From IMG/VR virus record IMGVR_UViG_2778261458_000002: DNA of 47,331 bases. The stretch is one strand, 5' to 3'. The stretch's first letter is position 1, and each line of letters begins with the position of its first letter. Shown piece by piece: positions 8,682 to 17,398 of this stretch. The position numbers and the translations under genes are program-made. Below the pieces are notes generated by a model. It did not search any database and was not told the origin of the DNA. It saw only the letters and a list, made by a program, of their open reading frames with translations. The DNA is from a virus (Duplodnaviria > Heunggongvirae > Uroviricota > Caudoviricetes).

Positions 8682-9530
8682 ATGGATAGACCAATGCCGT
8701 CTCTACGTTCAGCTTACGTTTGTAATTTGTCGCCGGAGTTCCAGCCTCCAAAGCACCATACGCACAAGCTGCCGCTGGTGTTATCTGATGCTTTACAGCG
8801 CATTAATGGGCGTGATCTTACGTGTGAGGTTGCGTTCTACGTTAATCAACCGTCAGAGCGGAAGCGCCGGATAAACGAGCATCGTCGTCGGGCGATTAAT
8901 GCTGTGATCGCTGCGATTTTGCACCATGTAAACATCATTTCTAAGCGGGTTCTGGCTAGTGCTGAGGCGTTGGCTGATTTTTGCGGCCTGTCTACCGTAT
9001 CCGAAGCTGGGAACAAGTCTATAACGCGCTGTACAAGGGCGTTGTCGCAACTGAAAGCGTTAGGTTTTATTGATTATGAACGTCGCTGGGATCGGGTGAA
9101 TAAACAGTATTGGCCAGCGAAAATAGAGATTCGTGATCAACTGCTGGAAACCGTTGGTATTACTGAACAAGCATGGAGACGTGCGGTTAGCCAGAAACTT
9201 AATTACTTCAATGCGAAGAATAGCGAACGGCTTAAAAAAGCGATAACGGAGGCTGATTATAAGCGTATTGTTATTCAGGAGCAGATGGAGAATGTATGGC
9301 GTCAGAGGAAGACGGCCAGAGAGATAAAGGCAAAACAGAAAGCAGCGGAGAGAGCTGCGCGTCTTGTTCAGGAAAAGGGAGAGGCCGAACTTCGTCATCA
9401 AATCACTAGAGAGGTTAGCCAGGAATTTGCTGATGGCATGTATCCTGGTGCTGACCTTGCATATTTACGATCCCTCGTTGAGCAGCGTTATAACAGGCTA
9501 AGAAAGACCTGGAAATCACTCCAACATTAA
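8682..9530 (+). CDS. repA: plasmid replication initiator RepA (IncFII RepA1-like family)
   Basis: 282 aa from ATG 8682; AGNKSITRCTRALSQLKALGFIDYERRWD and RRRAINAVIAAILHH align with my recollection of R100/R1 RepA1; upstream in-frame extension to 8553 crosses the structured leader and is rejected. Confidence 0.75.
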   Translation: MDRPMPSLRSAYVCNLSPEFQPPKHHTHKLPLVLSDALQRINGRDLTCEVAFYVNQPSERKRRINEHRRRAINAVIAAILHHVNIISKRVLASAEALADFCGLSTVSEAGNKSITRCTRALSQLKALGFIDYERRWDRVNKQYWPAKIEIRDQLLETVGITEQAWRRAVSQKLNYFNAKNSERLKKAITEADYKRIVIQEQMENVWRQRKTAREIKAKQKAAERAARLVQEKGEAELRHQITREVSQEFADGMYPGADLAYLRSLVEQRYNRLRKTWKSLQH

Positions 9531-9599
9531 CTCACCTGAATGATGAATCCGGTTTTACCGGAGGATTATCTACGTCGCAAAAAAATAGCTGTTCAAAAA

Positions 9600-9780
9600 A
9601 CAAGCTAAATTAATTTTCTCTAAACCTGAACTCAGCAAAAATATCGCCTTTACAGGTATCAACTAATCAAGTTATCCACAGTTTTGATATGTATATGCAA
9701 ATGGTTTTTTATAATAGATGCACTAAACAAATAAATGCAAAATCACTTTCTTTTATTAAAACTTTCTTTATTTAACTTAC
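9600..9780. other. probable replication origin: AT-rich region with DnaA box
   Basis: Perfect DnaA box TTATCCACA at 9672-9680 inside an AT-rich stretch directly downstream of repA; followed by three GC-rich hairpins at 9826-9926. Confidence 0.5.
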
Positions 9781-10160
9781 GCAGGCTTTGCCTGTGAATA
9801 TGTTCGCCCTTGCAGCGAGCTAAAGCTCGCGCCGGTTCGAGTCGCTACGCTCAAATATACCTCCTCCGGCACTTGCCGGAGGCATGGAGTAGCCTGATCA
9901 TCCTTTTCGAAACGGCGCGTTTCGAACTATACAAAATCAATTTATATAAGGACGAAATAAGGCCTACGGCCGGGCTTTGCAGGAGGAAGGGGGAGCCTTA
10001 TCAATAAACGTCGATAAATACGCACACAGTAGCCATCAGAACGCGATAAAACGTAAGAAACATCATTTCCTATTAGACATAGAAAAGTTGTCTTATACGC
10101 AATGTAGTAAATTTCTATTGCCACATAGGAAAAGATTTCCTACCATCGTAGATATAATAA

Positions 10161-10460
10161 ATGGAGATGGTTATGGATAAAGATACTGTTTTAAAAATGT
10201 TGAATCCGGCTTGTTTAAAAAAAGCGGATGAATGGGAGTCTCCTACATGTGGAGAAGTTCGGGCAGTCATTGGCCTGACCGGAATGAGCGGCTCGCAGTT
10301 GGCCAAAAAACTTGGCTTAAAAGATAGTCGCAATGTTCGCAATTGGCAGATGTTAAAGGAGTCCACATCCAGATCCAGCATTCCGTATGCAGCCTGGGCG
10401 CTGCTGTGTTACTTCGCTGGGTTAGGGTTAATCTTCATTGATAACAAAACAGATGTTTGA
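10161..10460 (+). CDS. hypothetical protein with possible HTH
   Basis: 99-aa ORF; GLTGMSGSQLAKKLGL helix-turn-helix-like segment; palindromic TTTCCTAT/ATAGGAAA boxes upstream. Confidence 0.4.
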   Translation: MEMVMDKDTVLKMLNPACLKKADEWESPTCGEVRAVIGLTGMSGSQLAKKLGLKDSRNVRNWQMLKESTSRSSIPYAAWALLCYFAGLGLIFIDNKTDV

Positions 10461-10747
10461 AACATGCAAATATGAGGTTTGTTATGGAACTTGTACGCAA
10501 AACACGCAAAGAGTTCTTGGACCTGTATCGCATGGGAGCTTTCACTTGTGTTGTGGCTACCCAGGACGAAGTGACAAAAAGCTGGCGGCTTTTTGCTCTC
10601 AATAAAAAAGGGATTGCCGTTTTCATTGAAAAAGCCCGTGGTGGTATCCGCGAATGGGCGGGATTGAATTATGTGGCTGATTTTTGCGCAGCTATGGGGA
10701 TTCGTCGCTGGGAAGTCCATATGCCAGGAGTAAAGTCACAAAAATAG
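10457..10747 (+). CDS. hypothetical protein
   Basis: 96-aa ORF overlapping the upstream gene by 4 nt; no family recognised. Confidence 0.35.
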   Translation: MKHANMRFVMELVRKTRKEFLDLYRMGAFTCVVATQDEVTKSWRLFALNKKGIAVFIEKARGGIREWAGLNYVADFCAAMGIRRWEVHMPGVKSQK

Positions 10748-10936
10748 GGCTTTCGCGTCGAAAATGAGGCGAAACTGAAAACGAGATTTCATTAACAAAT
10801 AAGCAACATAAAAAACGGTGGAAAACGCCCAGGAAAACATGATCTTTTGAGCGGATTTTTTAGATCCGACAATGAACGGTGATCCGGTGGTGCCGATAAC
10901 GTCCATTATGTTAAATAGCCCCGTTTTTCTTGAAAT

Positions 10937-10985
10937 TATAACCTACGGGTTATATAGTTAGCGATATAAACTACAGGTTATAGGA
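10937..10985. promoter_or_regulatory. operator-like inverted repeats upstream of toxin-antitoxin operon
   Basis: TATAACC-TACG-GGTTATA palindrome and a partial second copy (ACAGGTTATA) within 50 bp of the toxin start. Confidence 0.3.
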
Positions 10986-10991
10986 TCGATC

Positions 10992-11339
10992 ATGTGGACG
11001 GTACTTTTTAGCCAGCGATTTGACGACTGGCTAAATGAGCAAGAAGACGCTCTTCAGGAAAAGGTTTTGGCTGATTTGAAAAATCTACAGGTTTACGGAC
11101 CTGAGTTACCCAGGCCATATGCCGATACCGTAAAAGGTTCTCGGTACAAAAATATGAAAGAGCTTCGCGTTCAGTTTTCTGGCCGTCCGATAAGAGCCTT
11201 TTATGCGTTCGATCCGATTCGCCGGGCTATCGTTCTTTGTGCAGGAGACAAAAGTAACGATAAGCGGTTTTATAAAAAACTGGTGCGTATAGCTGAGGAT
11301 GAGTTTGCAGCACATCTGAACACACTGGAGAGTAAGTAA
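10992..11339 (+). CDS. type II toxin, RelE/ParE superfamily (HigB / Gp49-like)
   Basis: 115-aa ORF, toxin-first order, start-stop overlap with an HTH antitoxin gene; pattern typical of Gp49-like killer proteins. Confidence 0.65.
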   Translation: MWTVLFSQRFDDWLNEQEDALQEKVLADLKNLQVYGPELPRPYADTVKGSRYKNMKELRVQFSGRPIRAFYAFDPIRRAIVLCAGDKSNDKRFYKKLVRIAEDEFAAHLNTLESK

Positions 11340-11638
11340 TGAGAACATTAGATGAGGTGATTGCCAGCCGTTCACCTGAAAGCCAGGCGCGAATTAAAGA
11401 AATGGCAGATGAGATGATTCTTGAGGTCGGCTTGCAGATGATGCGTGAAGAACTCCAGTTATCACAAAAACAGGTTGCTGAGGCGATGGGTATAAGCCAG
11501 CCAGCAGTAACAAAGCTGGAGCAGCGCGGAAATGATTTAAAGCTGGCGACATTAAAGCGTTACGTTGAAGCTATGGGAGGCAAATTAAGCCTGGATGTTG
11601 AGCTTCCCACAGGAAAACGAATAGCGTTTAACATCTGA
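11339..11638 (+). CDS. type II antitoxin, XRE-family HTH (HigA-like)
   Basis: 99-aa ORF with LSQKQVAEAMGISQPAVTKLE helix-turn-helix; ATG overlaps toxin stop. Confidence 0.65.
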   Translation: MRTLDEVIASRSPESQARIKEMADEMILEVGLQMMREELQLSQKQVAEAMGISQPAVTKLEQRGNDLKLATLKRYVEAMGGKLSLDVELPTGKRIAFNI

Positions 11639-11653
11639 CCAGAACGAATGATA

Positions 11654-11680
11654 AGCCCCTGTTGCAAAGGGGCTTTTTTG
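11654..11680 (+). terminator. intrinsic terminator
   Basis: AGCCCCT-GTTGCAA-AGGGGCT hairpin followed by TTTTTT, directly after the antitoxin gene. Confidence 0.65.
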
Positions 11681-11682
11681 TG

Positions 11683-11801
11683 CTCATAGAATTATATAAT
11701 TATAGATTTATATAAAAAGTGCTTTACAGGTGGGAAAAAATTTCCTAAGGTTATGCCCGAAACCGAGCGATACCCGCCCTGGTTAAACCGGAGATAACCC
11801 G
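11683..11801 (+). promoter_or_regulatory. conserved promoter + 5' leader module, copy A
   Basis: AT-rich palindromic box, TTTACA-N16-TAAGGT, then conserved leader CCCGAAACCGAGCGATACCCGCCCTGGTTAAACCGGAGA ending at ATG 11802; near-identical copies at 21925 and 27617. Confidence 0.5.
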
Positions 11802-12182
11802 ATGAGCATGATTAAAATCCGTAAAAACGCTTTCCTTAAAATTCAAACTATCCTGGCTGGTTCTGTTGGCGTGATTTGCCGTTCTTCTTCAAGCCGCATT
11901 GATGACGGCTACGATGATGAGTATCGTGTGTCCTCGTGCGATGAGGCTTTAACCTGGCTGAAGGAGAATCAGGAACGTGCCCAGGTATATCTGGAAACAG
12001 AGAACGGCAACCAGATGCTGCGTATTAGCGGTCGTTATGGATTTGAAACTACATTCATTGCCTATTTTAATCAGGCTTACTTTGACAAGGAGCTGGCCTG
12101 GTACACTGATCGCATGAGCAAAAGCGAGCCAGCCCCGATTACACCGCCGAACAATAAACCATTTTTATTCCTCGTTAAGTAA
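11802..12182 (+). CDS. hypothetical protein
   Basis: 126-aa ORF beginning exactly at the end of conserved module A. Confidence 0.5.
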   Translation: MSMIKIRKNAFLKIQTILAGSVGVICRSSSSRIDDGYDDEYRVSSCDEALTWLKENQERAQVYLETENGNQMLRISGRYGFETTFIAYFNQAYFDKELAWYTDRMSKSEPAPITPPNNKPFLFLVK

Positions 12183-12192
12183 ACACGATGTG

Positions 12193-12219
12193 CGCAAAGT
12201 GTCATTTTGACACTTTGCG
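12193..12219. promoter_or_regulatory. operator palindrome
   Basis: Perfect 12-bp arms CGCAAAGTGTCA-TTT-TGACACTTTGCG immediately upstream of the HTH gene. Confidence 0.45.
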
Positions 12220-12247
12220 AGTGTTAATATTGTGCGCGGAGGATGCT

Positions 12248-12499
12248 ATGACTGGTTATGAATTGAAATTATGGCGTCGAGGGATGAACTGGACGCAGGA
12301 GCGAGCCGCCGAAGAATTTGGGATATCGTTGGCTACATATAAGCGATATGAGAAGGGGGAGCCGCCGAGGGTCATGGAGATGGCCATTCGCGTTCTGTCG
12401 TTTGACGATATGGTTAAAGATCTTTCACACCTTGATAAAGATGCGATTCTGTTAAGGCTGCAAACCCTTGTATGGGAAAAGGTTAAAGTGTCGTCATAA
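12248..12499 (+). CDS. XRE-family HTH transcriptional regulator
   Basis: 84 aa from ATG 12248 (GGAGG 6 nt upstream); WTQERAAEEFGISLATYKRYE helix-turn-helix; the longer ORF from 12188 would read through its own operator. Confidence 0.55.
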   Translation: MTGYELKLWRRGMNWTQERAAEEFGISLATYKRYEKGEPPRVMEMAIRVLSFDDMVKDLSHLDKDAILLRLQTLVWEKVKVSS

Positions 12500-12571
12500 T
12501 TGGAACAAGGGATCAAATGATCCTTTACGGATCGTTTTATGGTGGTGTAATGTAAGCGCCAGAAAGACAAA

Positions 12572-12594
12572 AACCGCCTTGCCGGGCGGTTTTC
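12572..12594. terminator. bidirectional terminator-like hairpin
   Basis: AACCGCC / GGCGGTT stem flanked by A-run upstream and T-run downstream. Confidence 0.45.
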
Positions 12595-13155
12595 AGTCTG
12601 AAATTTAAATCTTGCTTGGTAGGCTGGATTTAAAAAGACACCTCTTGATTGGGGCGGCTTTCTTGCGTCTAAAGATAATCAAATCTTTTTGCGCCTGCAA
12701 CCCCTTTTTTACTGGTGCCCATTTCAGACTCACGCTCGCGTCGTTGTCTTTGCCACTTCGTTGGGTTCGGTGTTTTTGGGCGAAGTGGCGCGCGGGTATG
12801 CGTACAAGGGGAAAGTGTGCTGACGCAAGCCAGGAACAGCGATCTAAACTAAGTCGAGTCTGAGAAAGGCAGGAGTGCGACAACTCGCCTGTGCTCTATG
12901 AGCAGAAGAAGGTATATCAGACGACCAATGGCATGATTGTGGGCCACAGGGCGCACACGGCGGCGAAGCATTGGAAACGATGTGGAGCTATCTGGTGGCA
13001 TGAGTTCCGGTACTCGATCTCGAGCTTTTTTTGATGCTTTTGAGAAGGGGCCGGAACTCCGGTAAAGGGCACCCTGTATGGGGGGAGGGGGGGTTGTGTC
13101 TAAAGGAAGATCTAATACGATATTGCTTTACCCTTATATCTAAAAGGAGATTTCT

Positions 13156-13791
13156 ATGGGGATGCTGGTGGCGTTTATTATTAGCCTGATTTTGTGTTTC
13201 TTCGTAGTTCGTGGCGCATATCGGAAACAATGTGCCTCGTCTTCTGGTAGTAGGTTCAAAGCTGTTTTAGTGAGTGGCTTTCTCGGGATTGCTACTTTTG
13301 TAGTTGTTAATACTCTTGCGGCTGTGACCTTGATCCCAGAAGACTCCAGCACTACGGCTACCACCGGAGCTGCTTTTGATGGTGTGACCGTAGATAAGTT
13401 TAAGCAGTTATATAATGATGACCTTGAAGGCATCGCTACATCAGGAAAAGCCACCTCCACTATAAGAATTAAGTCTGTTAAACAAGGTAACAACACCGTT
13501 GAATTTGCCATCAACTCATCTGTTAACGGTCGGGCTAGAGTTGATAAGGATGGAAAGATTTCTGAGTTATTATGGCGAGTATCCAAGCCTAACTCTGATT
13601 CCTTGCTTTCTATGGCCGTAGCAGTTGAAGTCTTGGATGCGTCAAGTGAAAGAGACACCGTGATTGCGCAGTTAGAGCAGATTGTTAAATCTGATATGCA
13701 GAAAGCTGAGTTCAAGACTAAGAGAGGCGAGTATTACGTTTCTCGTGACAAATCAGGGCATGTATCGCTACTGATTACACCGAAATATTAA
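13156..13791 (+). CDS. membrane-anchored or secreted protein, unknown function
   Basis: 211-aa ORF with N-terminal hydrophobic helix (LVAFIISLILCFFVV), AAGGAG RBS, own terminator; isolated between non-coding stretches. Confidence 0.5.
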   Translation: MGMLVAFIISLILCFFVVRGAYRKQCASSSGSRFKAVLVSGFLGIATFVVVNTLAAVTLIPEDSSTTATTGAAFDGVTVDKFKQLYNDDLEGIATSGKATSTIRIKSVKQGNNTVEFAINSSVNGRARVDKDGKISELLWRVSKPNSDSLLSMAVAVEVLDASSERDTVIAQLEQIVKSDMQKAEFKTKRGEYYVSRDKSGHVSLLITPKY

Positions 13792-13802
13792 GAATTGAAG
13801 AA

Positions 13803-13826
13803 GCGCCCAAATCGGGCGCTTTGTTT
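13803..13826. terminator. intrinsic terminator shared by convergent genes
   Basis: GCGCCC-AAATC-GGGCGC hairpin followed by TTTGTTTT. Confidence 0.6.
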
Positions 13827-14995
13827 TATGGTTTTGCACCTGCGGCCAGTTTATCCGCAGATATTTTTATCAGTTCCTGTAGTGTCCTGGCTGGCAGGTT
13901 TGCATCCAGTACGCTGAGTATGCTGTTGTGATCAGCTTGGTCGACTACTTTGCCTGTCGGTGGTAGTAGTTTGAGCTGAGGGTTCAGATTTTCGTCAAAG
14001 CTGATAAGTGCTCTGGCGTTTCTGAGCAGATCAAGAAGTAAGGCTGATATCACATTTTCCTGAGTCATTGCTGGCAGATTTAGCGCCGCTTTGGTTTTCC
14101 CTGTTGCCTTGTCAAACTCCTTTATTAGTTCCTTCCTGTAGTTCGGTTCCGTTAATAGCCGATTATGCTCTGTTGCCGCGCGGATAATCGTTTTTTCCTG
14201 GTACAGTCGTTTAGCCAGATCACGCTCGTACTGTGTTTTTAACACGCTGCTGATAGCGTTAAAGGCTTCAATGTAGGCCAGCTTGATATCTTTCACGCCT
14301 GGACCGTCGATACTCTCCATGAGCAAGGTAAATCCGTCTTTTGTCATGCGATAGATTGTTATTTCGCGGTCGCTTCCTTCCAGCGGTCGTTGTTCTTTAA
14401 AGAAGTGACGCGCCGCAGCCGTGCGAGGAATGCGTAACGCATCGATGGCCATAACGATGGAATTGTTTGTGGTGCTGAATGCCTGAGCAACATCGGCTGA
14501 GGTTGTGAGTGGCTCGTTGTTGCACACCTTAATGTAAAATATCGGTTTGGCGTTGAGCGTATCGACAACCTCACGAGCATTGCTTGGCGAGACGGTAACG
14601 GTCGCGGCCGTTTGTGCGTTCTGGTTGAAATAGCAGTCTTCCAGCCGTTCGAACACATCCCACGCTTGGTTAGTTTCAAGCATTTTGGCGTGACGTGCAG
14701 CCCCGCGTTCTGTCCAGAGGATGAGGGAGCGAACTTTCGGGGGAATTTGTAACCCTCTTAAAGATGGTTCGTTAACTACTCTCACAGGAACTCTTAAAGA
14801 GTTTTTGTTCTTCAACTCTCGTAACTCTTTACCTTCTATCCTAAAAAAGTGTTTACCTTCTATAAAACGTTCCTTGTTTCTATTGAAATTGTTTGTCAGA
14901 CGTTGGCGCTCGGTTCCATACAATTGCGCCAGTAGTTCAGTAGTGATAACGGGGATCTGGTTATGCAGGATAGGCTGTAGGGTGTTAACGGTCAT
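13826..14995 (-). CDS. phage antirepressor-like protein (ORF6N/KilAC-type domains)
   Basis: 389-aa ORF; N-terminal ITTELLAQLYGTERQRLTNNFNRNKERF resembles antirepressor N-domains; translationally coupled to a small upstream ORF. Confidence 0.55.
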   Translation of the reverse strand: MTVNTLQPILHNQIPVITTELLAQLYGTERQRLTNNFNRNKERFIEGKHFFRIEGKELRELKNKNSLRVPVRVVNEPSLRGLQIPPKVRSLILWTERGAARHAKMLETNQAWDVFERLEDCYFNQNAQTAATVTVSPSNAREVVDTLNAKPIFYIKVCNNEPLTTSADVAQAFSTTNNSIVMAIDALRIPRTAAARHFFKEQRPLEGSDREITIYRMTKDGFTLLMESIDGPGVKDIKLAYIEAFNAISSVLKTQYERDLAKRLYQEKTIIRAATEHNRLLTEPNYRKELIKEFDKATGKTKAALNLPAMTQENVISALLLDLLRNARALISFDENLNPQLKLLPPTGKVVDQADHNSILSVLDANLPARTLQELIKISADKLAAGAKP

Positions 14996-15183
14996 TTTGC
15001 ACCTCCCATCACTACTTTGGTTACGAGGGAGATTTTTGCGTCAGAAACAGTGTTATCGTTGCTGGCGATGCGCATAGCTTCGCGCTCGATGATTTCAGCC
15101 AGGCGGAATTTATCGGCGTATGAGGCTTTCTTGAGAAGGATCTTTACGAGGTTGACGTAATAGTCATGGGGTAAGTTTGTCAT
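14992..15183 (-). CDS. small protein in the position of P1 icd, upstream of ant
   Basis: 63-aa ORF whose stop overlaps the ant start (ATGA); assignment by position only. Confidence 0.35.
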   Translation of the reverse strand: MTNLPHDYYVNLVKILLKKASYADKFRLAEIIEREAMRIASNDNTVSDAKISLVTKVVMGGAK

Positions 15184-15189
15184 GGTGAT

Positions 15190-15540
15190 AGTTCCCTTAA
15201 AGGTTAAGGATACTCACCACCGTCTGGTTCCAATCATTGGGTGGTGAGACGTACAGGGTTGGAACTACCGGTCACCATGGAATCCGGCGAGTCTTACGAC
15301 TCCCCCGCACGCCCCACCATAATTTGGGTGTAGCAGTGCTTTACGCATAAAAAACCGCTAACGCGGTATGCGCCATGATGATTATCGGGGTTCCAATCCC
15401 GACCGTAGATTTTGCTACGGCTCGGAAAGTGTCCACCAATGGCGCATTCATGTCAATACGGCGAGATTTTAACAGAGACAACCACATAGCGTGGGTTTGA
15501 AAAACGGAATTTTCTGTTCATTAAGCGCATGATTTGACCA
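15190..15540 (-). ncRNA. structured leader / candidate c4-like antisense RNA of the ant operon
   Basis: 350-nt untranslated region with repeated GGTTCCAAYC segments (15227, 15386) and a complementary TTGGAAC segment (15259), plus a CTCACCACC...GGTGGTGAG stem; boundaries unknown. Confidence 0.3.
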
Positions 15541-15576
15541 ATCAAATTTGTTTGATACTGGATTGTTGAGAACATT

Positions 15577-15687
15577 GTGTGAATGTAGGGAACTTATATG
15601 TGAGTATAAGGAACTTTGTGTGATTTATTTGCGAAAAAGTTTGCTTCATATCCAGTTTTTTGGGTATGCTGTGAATGTAGGGAACTA
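15577..15687. promoter_or_regulatory. three 17-bp direct repeats (operator candidates) in divergent intergenic region
   Basis: GTGAATGTAGGGAACT at 15581-15596 and 15671-15686, variant GTGAGTATAAGGAACT at 15600-15615. Confidence 0.4.
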
Positions 15688-15756
15688 GATGGTATTGATT
15701 GTGGTTTCTTTTGAGATTGGAAATTGGTAGTGAATTTAATGCAGAGGAGGTAAAAA

Positions 15757-16296
15757 ATGACTGAAACATCAAAAAATTCATGTTTTTCAACAATTCACCT
15801 AATGATCATAAAAGAACTTAGGCTGGAAAGAGGTGTGCATCAAGGAGTACTGGCTCAAGCTGCCGGAAAAACACCAAACGCATGGACAAAGATAGAGAAC
15901 GGGCAGTCTGTATTAACAGTTGATGCCCTTTTTGGTGCTTGCACAGCCCTTAATATTAGCCCAATGAATTTCATGTTGTTGGTAGAAAAACTGATTCCCG
16001 AATTTAATCGCCATGGTTACTACTTTTTCCCTGGAACAATCAGTCAGGACGAGGATAACCTTTTACCTCTGATGCTGCGTTACTTTAATAGCAAGGGGTT
16101 TGAAGCATTGAGAAATAGGCCATTCGAAAGAATTAGCATAAGCTCAATGGGATTTTCATTTGGGGGCGGCATCCCTGTTACTCCAACTGCTGTAATGTAT
16201 TGTTGCGATGAAGCATACAGAGATTGGGTCGATAACGGTGCTGATACGGATAATCGAGATTATCAGAAGCCATTAACAGGTCTTGGACTGTTTTAA
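15757..16296 (+). CDS. HTH (XRE-like) regulator, candidate repressor of the ant region
   Basis: 179-aa ORF, GAGGAGG RBS; N-terminal LAQAAGKTPNAWTKIENGQSVLTVDALF helix-turn-helix; divergent from ant operon. Confidence 0.5.
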   Translation: MTETSKNSCFSTIHLMIIKELRLERGVHQGVLAQAAGKTPNAWTKIENGQSVLTVDALFGACTALNISPMNFMLLVEKLIPEFNRHGYYFFPGTISQDEDNLLPLMLRYFNSKGFEALRNRPFERISISSMGFSFGGGIPVTPTAVMYCCDEAYRDWVDNGADTDNRDYQKPLTGLGLF

Positions 16297-16733
16297 TGAG
16301 TGAAGAAACAAAAAAACCGCCCTATTGAGGACGGTTCTTTCGTGCTGATCGGATTCGCGGTCCTTTCAGCATTACGTTGTTGTATAAACAACCACGCAAG
16401 CACAAGCAGCAAGTTGATTTTACCCAAAAGGTAATAATAGTCCACTATTATGCTTCAAAAAATTGTGGTTCTTGTTGTGTCTGCAAACTCACAGATTGTG
16501 GGTAGGTTACTGATTTTGTGAAAATAAACTGGTTTTTTCGTTTAATTTATTTCCTATTACTAATCTTAAAATAATCGTAAAATACCTGTGGACCTTCCCG
16601 CCGATTCGCACCCGGGCACCGACTTTAGGGGAGGATTCTCCGTTGCCGTACATGCAAGCACAAGCAGCCGTGCTTGCTCTCGCGTTGTTTTCGTCGGTGG
16701 GGATGCCGTGAAACGGCCTGTAAGGGCCATACA

Positions 16734-16856
16734 ATGAAAAAATACTGTATGTGTATTTTTATCGTTGTTACTGGGGCTTTGTTTACGCCACATGGGGAGG
16801 GTTGGAAGATTACTGATAACGCTCTGAATGTGACGATAAACATTAGCAGCAAGTAG
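16734..16856 (+). CDS. small hydrophobic peptide (40 aa), speculative
   Basis: MKKYCMCIFIVVTGALFTPHG... preceded by a long hairpin-rich leader and followed by a strong terminator; no Hok signature. Confidence 0.25.
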   Translation: MKKYCMCIFIVVTGALFTPHGEGWKITDNALNVTINISSK

Positions 16857-16862
16857 CGATTA

Positions 16863-16884
16863 GGCCCCTTCGGGGGCCTTTTTT
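16863..16884 (+). terminator. intrinsic terminator
   Basis: GGCCCC-TTCG-GGGGCC hairpin followed by TTTTTT. Confidence 0.7.
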
Positions 16885-16894
16885 ATGGTTGAAT

Positions 16895-17077
16895 TTAAAC
16901 GCTGGAGCGCATTAAGCCTTTCAGAACTGCTTCACGTACCCATTCTGGCTTGGTGGATAGCAGGGCAAATAAGCGACCAGCTTGCAGCCGTTTGAGGTCG
17001 GTTAGACGAGTTTTCAGTAACCGTGTATATTGTTGCTCGGACATAACAAATTCCCCTTGTTGTGTCGCGACGGCCAA
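16895..17077 (-). CDS. small hypothetical protein downstream of par genes
   Basis: 60-aa ORF co-oriented with parA/parG; weak support. Confidence 0.25.
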   Translation of the reverse strand: MAVATQQGEFVMSEQQYTRLLKTRLTDLKRLQAGRLFALLSTKPEWVREAVLKGLMRSSV

Positions 17078-17106
17078 CAGTTGGCGCTGGAGGCCGTCAC
17101 CTTCTC

Positions 17107-17355
17107 TTACTTCTGGTTGTATTGAGCCTTGAGTAACTCAAAAGATTTTGTCAGCACTTCTTTCAATGACATATCCATTGAGCTGGCGAACGTTTTGTAC
17201 TCGCGTTTAAATTCAGGGTCGACGTTAAACGCCATTTGTGCCCCACCTGATTTGGTTCTGGTTGGCGTTTCAGTCGGGTCGAAAACCTGCGGTTGTTCGA
17301 TCGATGGCGGTACGCCTTTGCTGTTCTTCTTTGGTGGTTTTGATGGTCCGGCCAT
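17107..17355 (-). CDS. ParG-like ribbon-helix-helix partition/centromere-binding protein
   Basis: 82-aa ORF directly downstream of ParA gene; basic Pro-rich N-tail and C-terminal RHH-like segment (MAFNVDPEFKREYKTFA). Confidence 0.55.
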   Translation of the reverse strand: MAGPSKPPKKNSKGVPPSIEQPQVFDPTETPTRTKSGGAQMAFNVDPEFKREYKTFASSMDMSLKEVLTKSFELLKAQYNQK

Positions 17356-17398
17356 GTGTATCCCCTCTTATATAAATCTATAAAACTATAATTATATA

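Noticed and set aside
12188-12247. Longer start for the XRE regulator (track start 12188)
   Set aside because: Would translate through its own perfect palindromic operator; GGAGG followed by ATG 12248 is the better start.
16674-16733. N-terminal extension of the small hydrophobic ORF, and a hok/sok-type call
   Set aside because: Extension lies in the hairpin-rich leader; the peptide lacks the Hok family signature, so only a generic small-peptide call is made.
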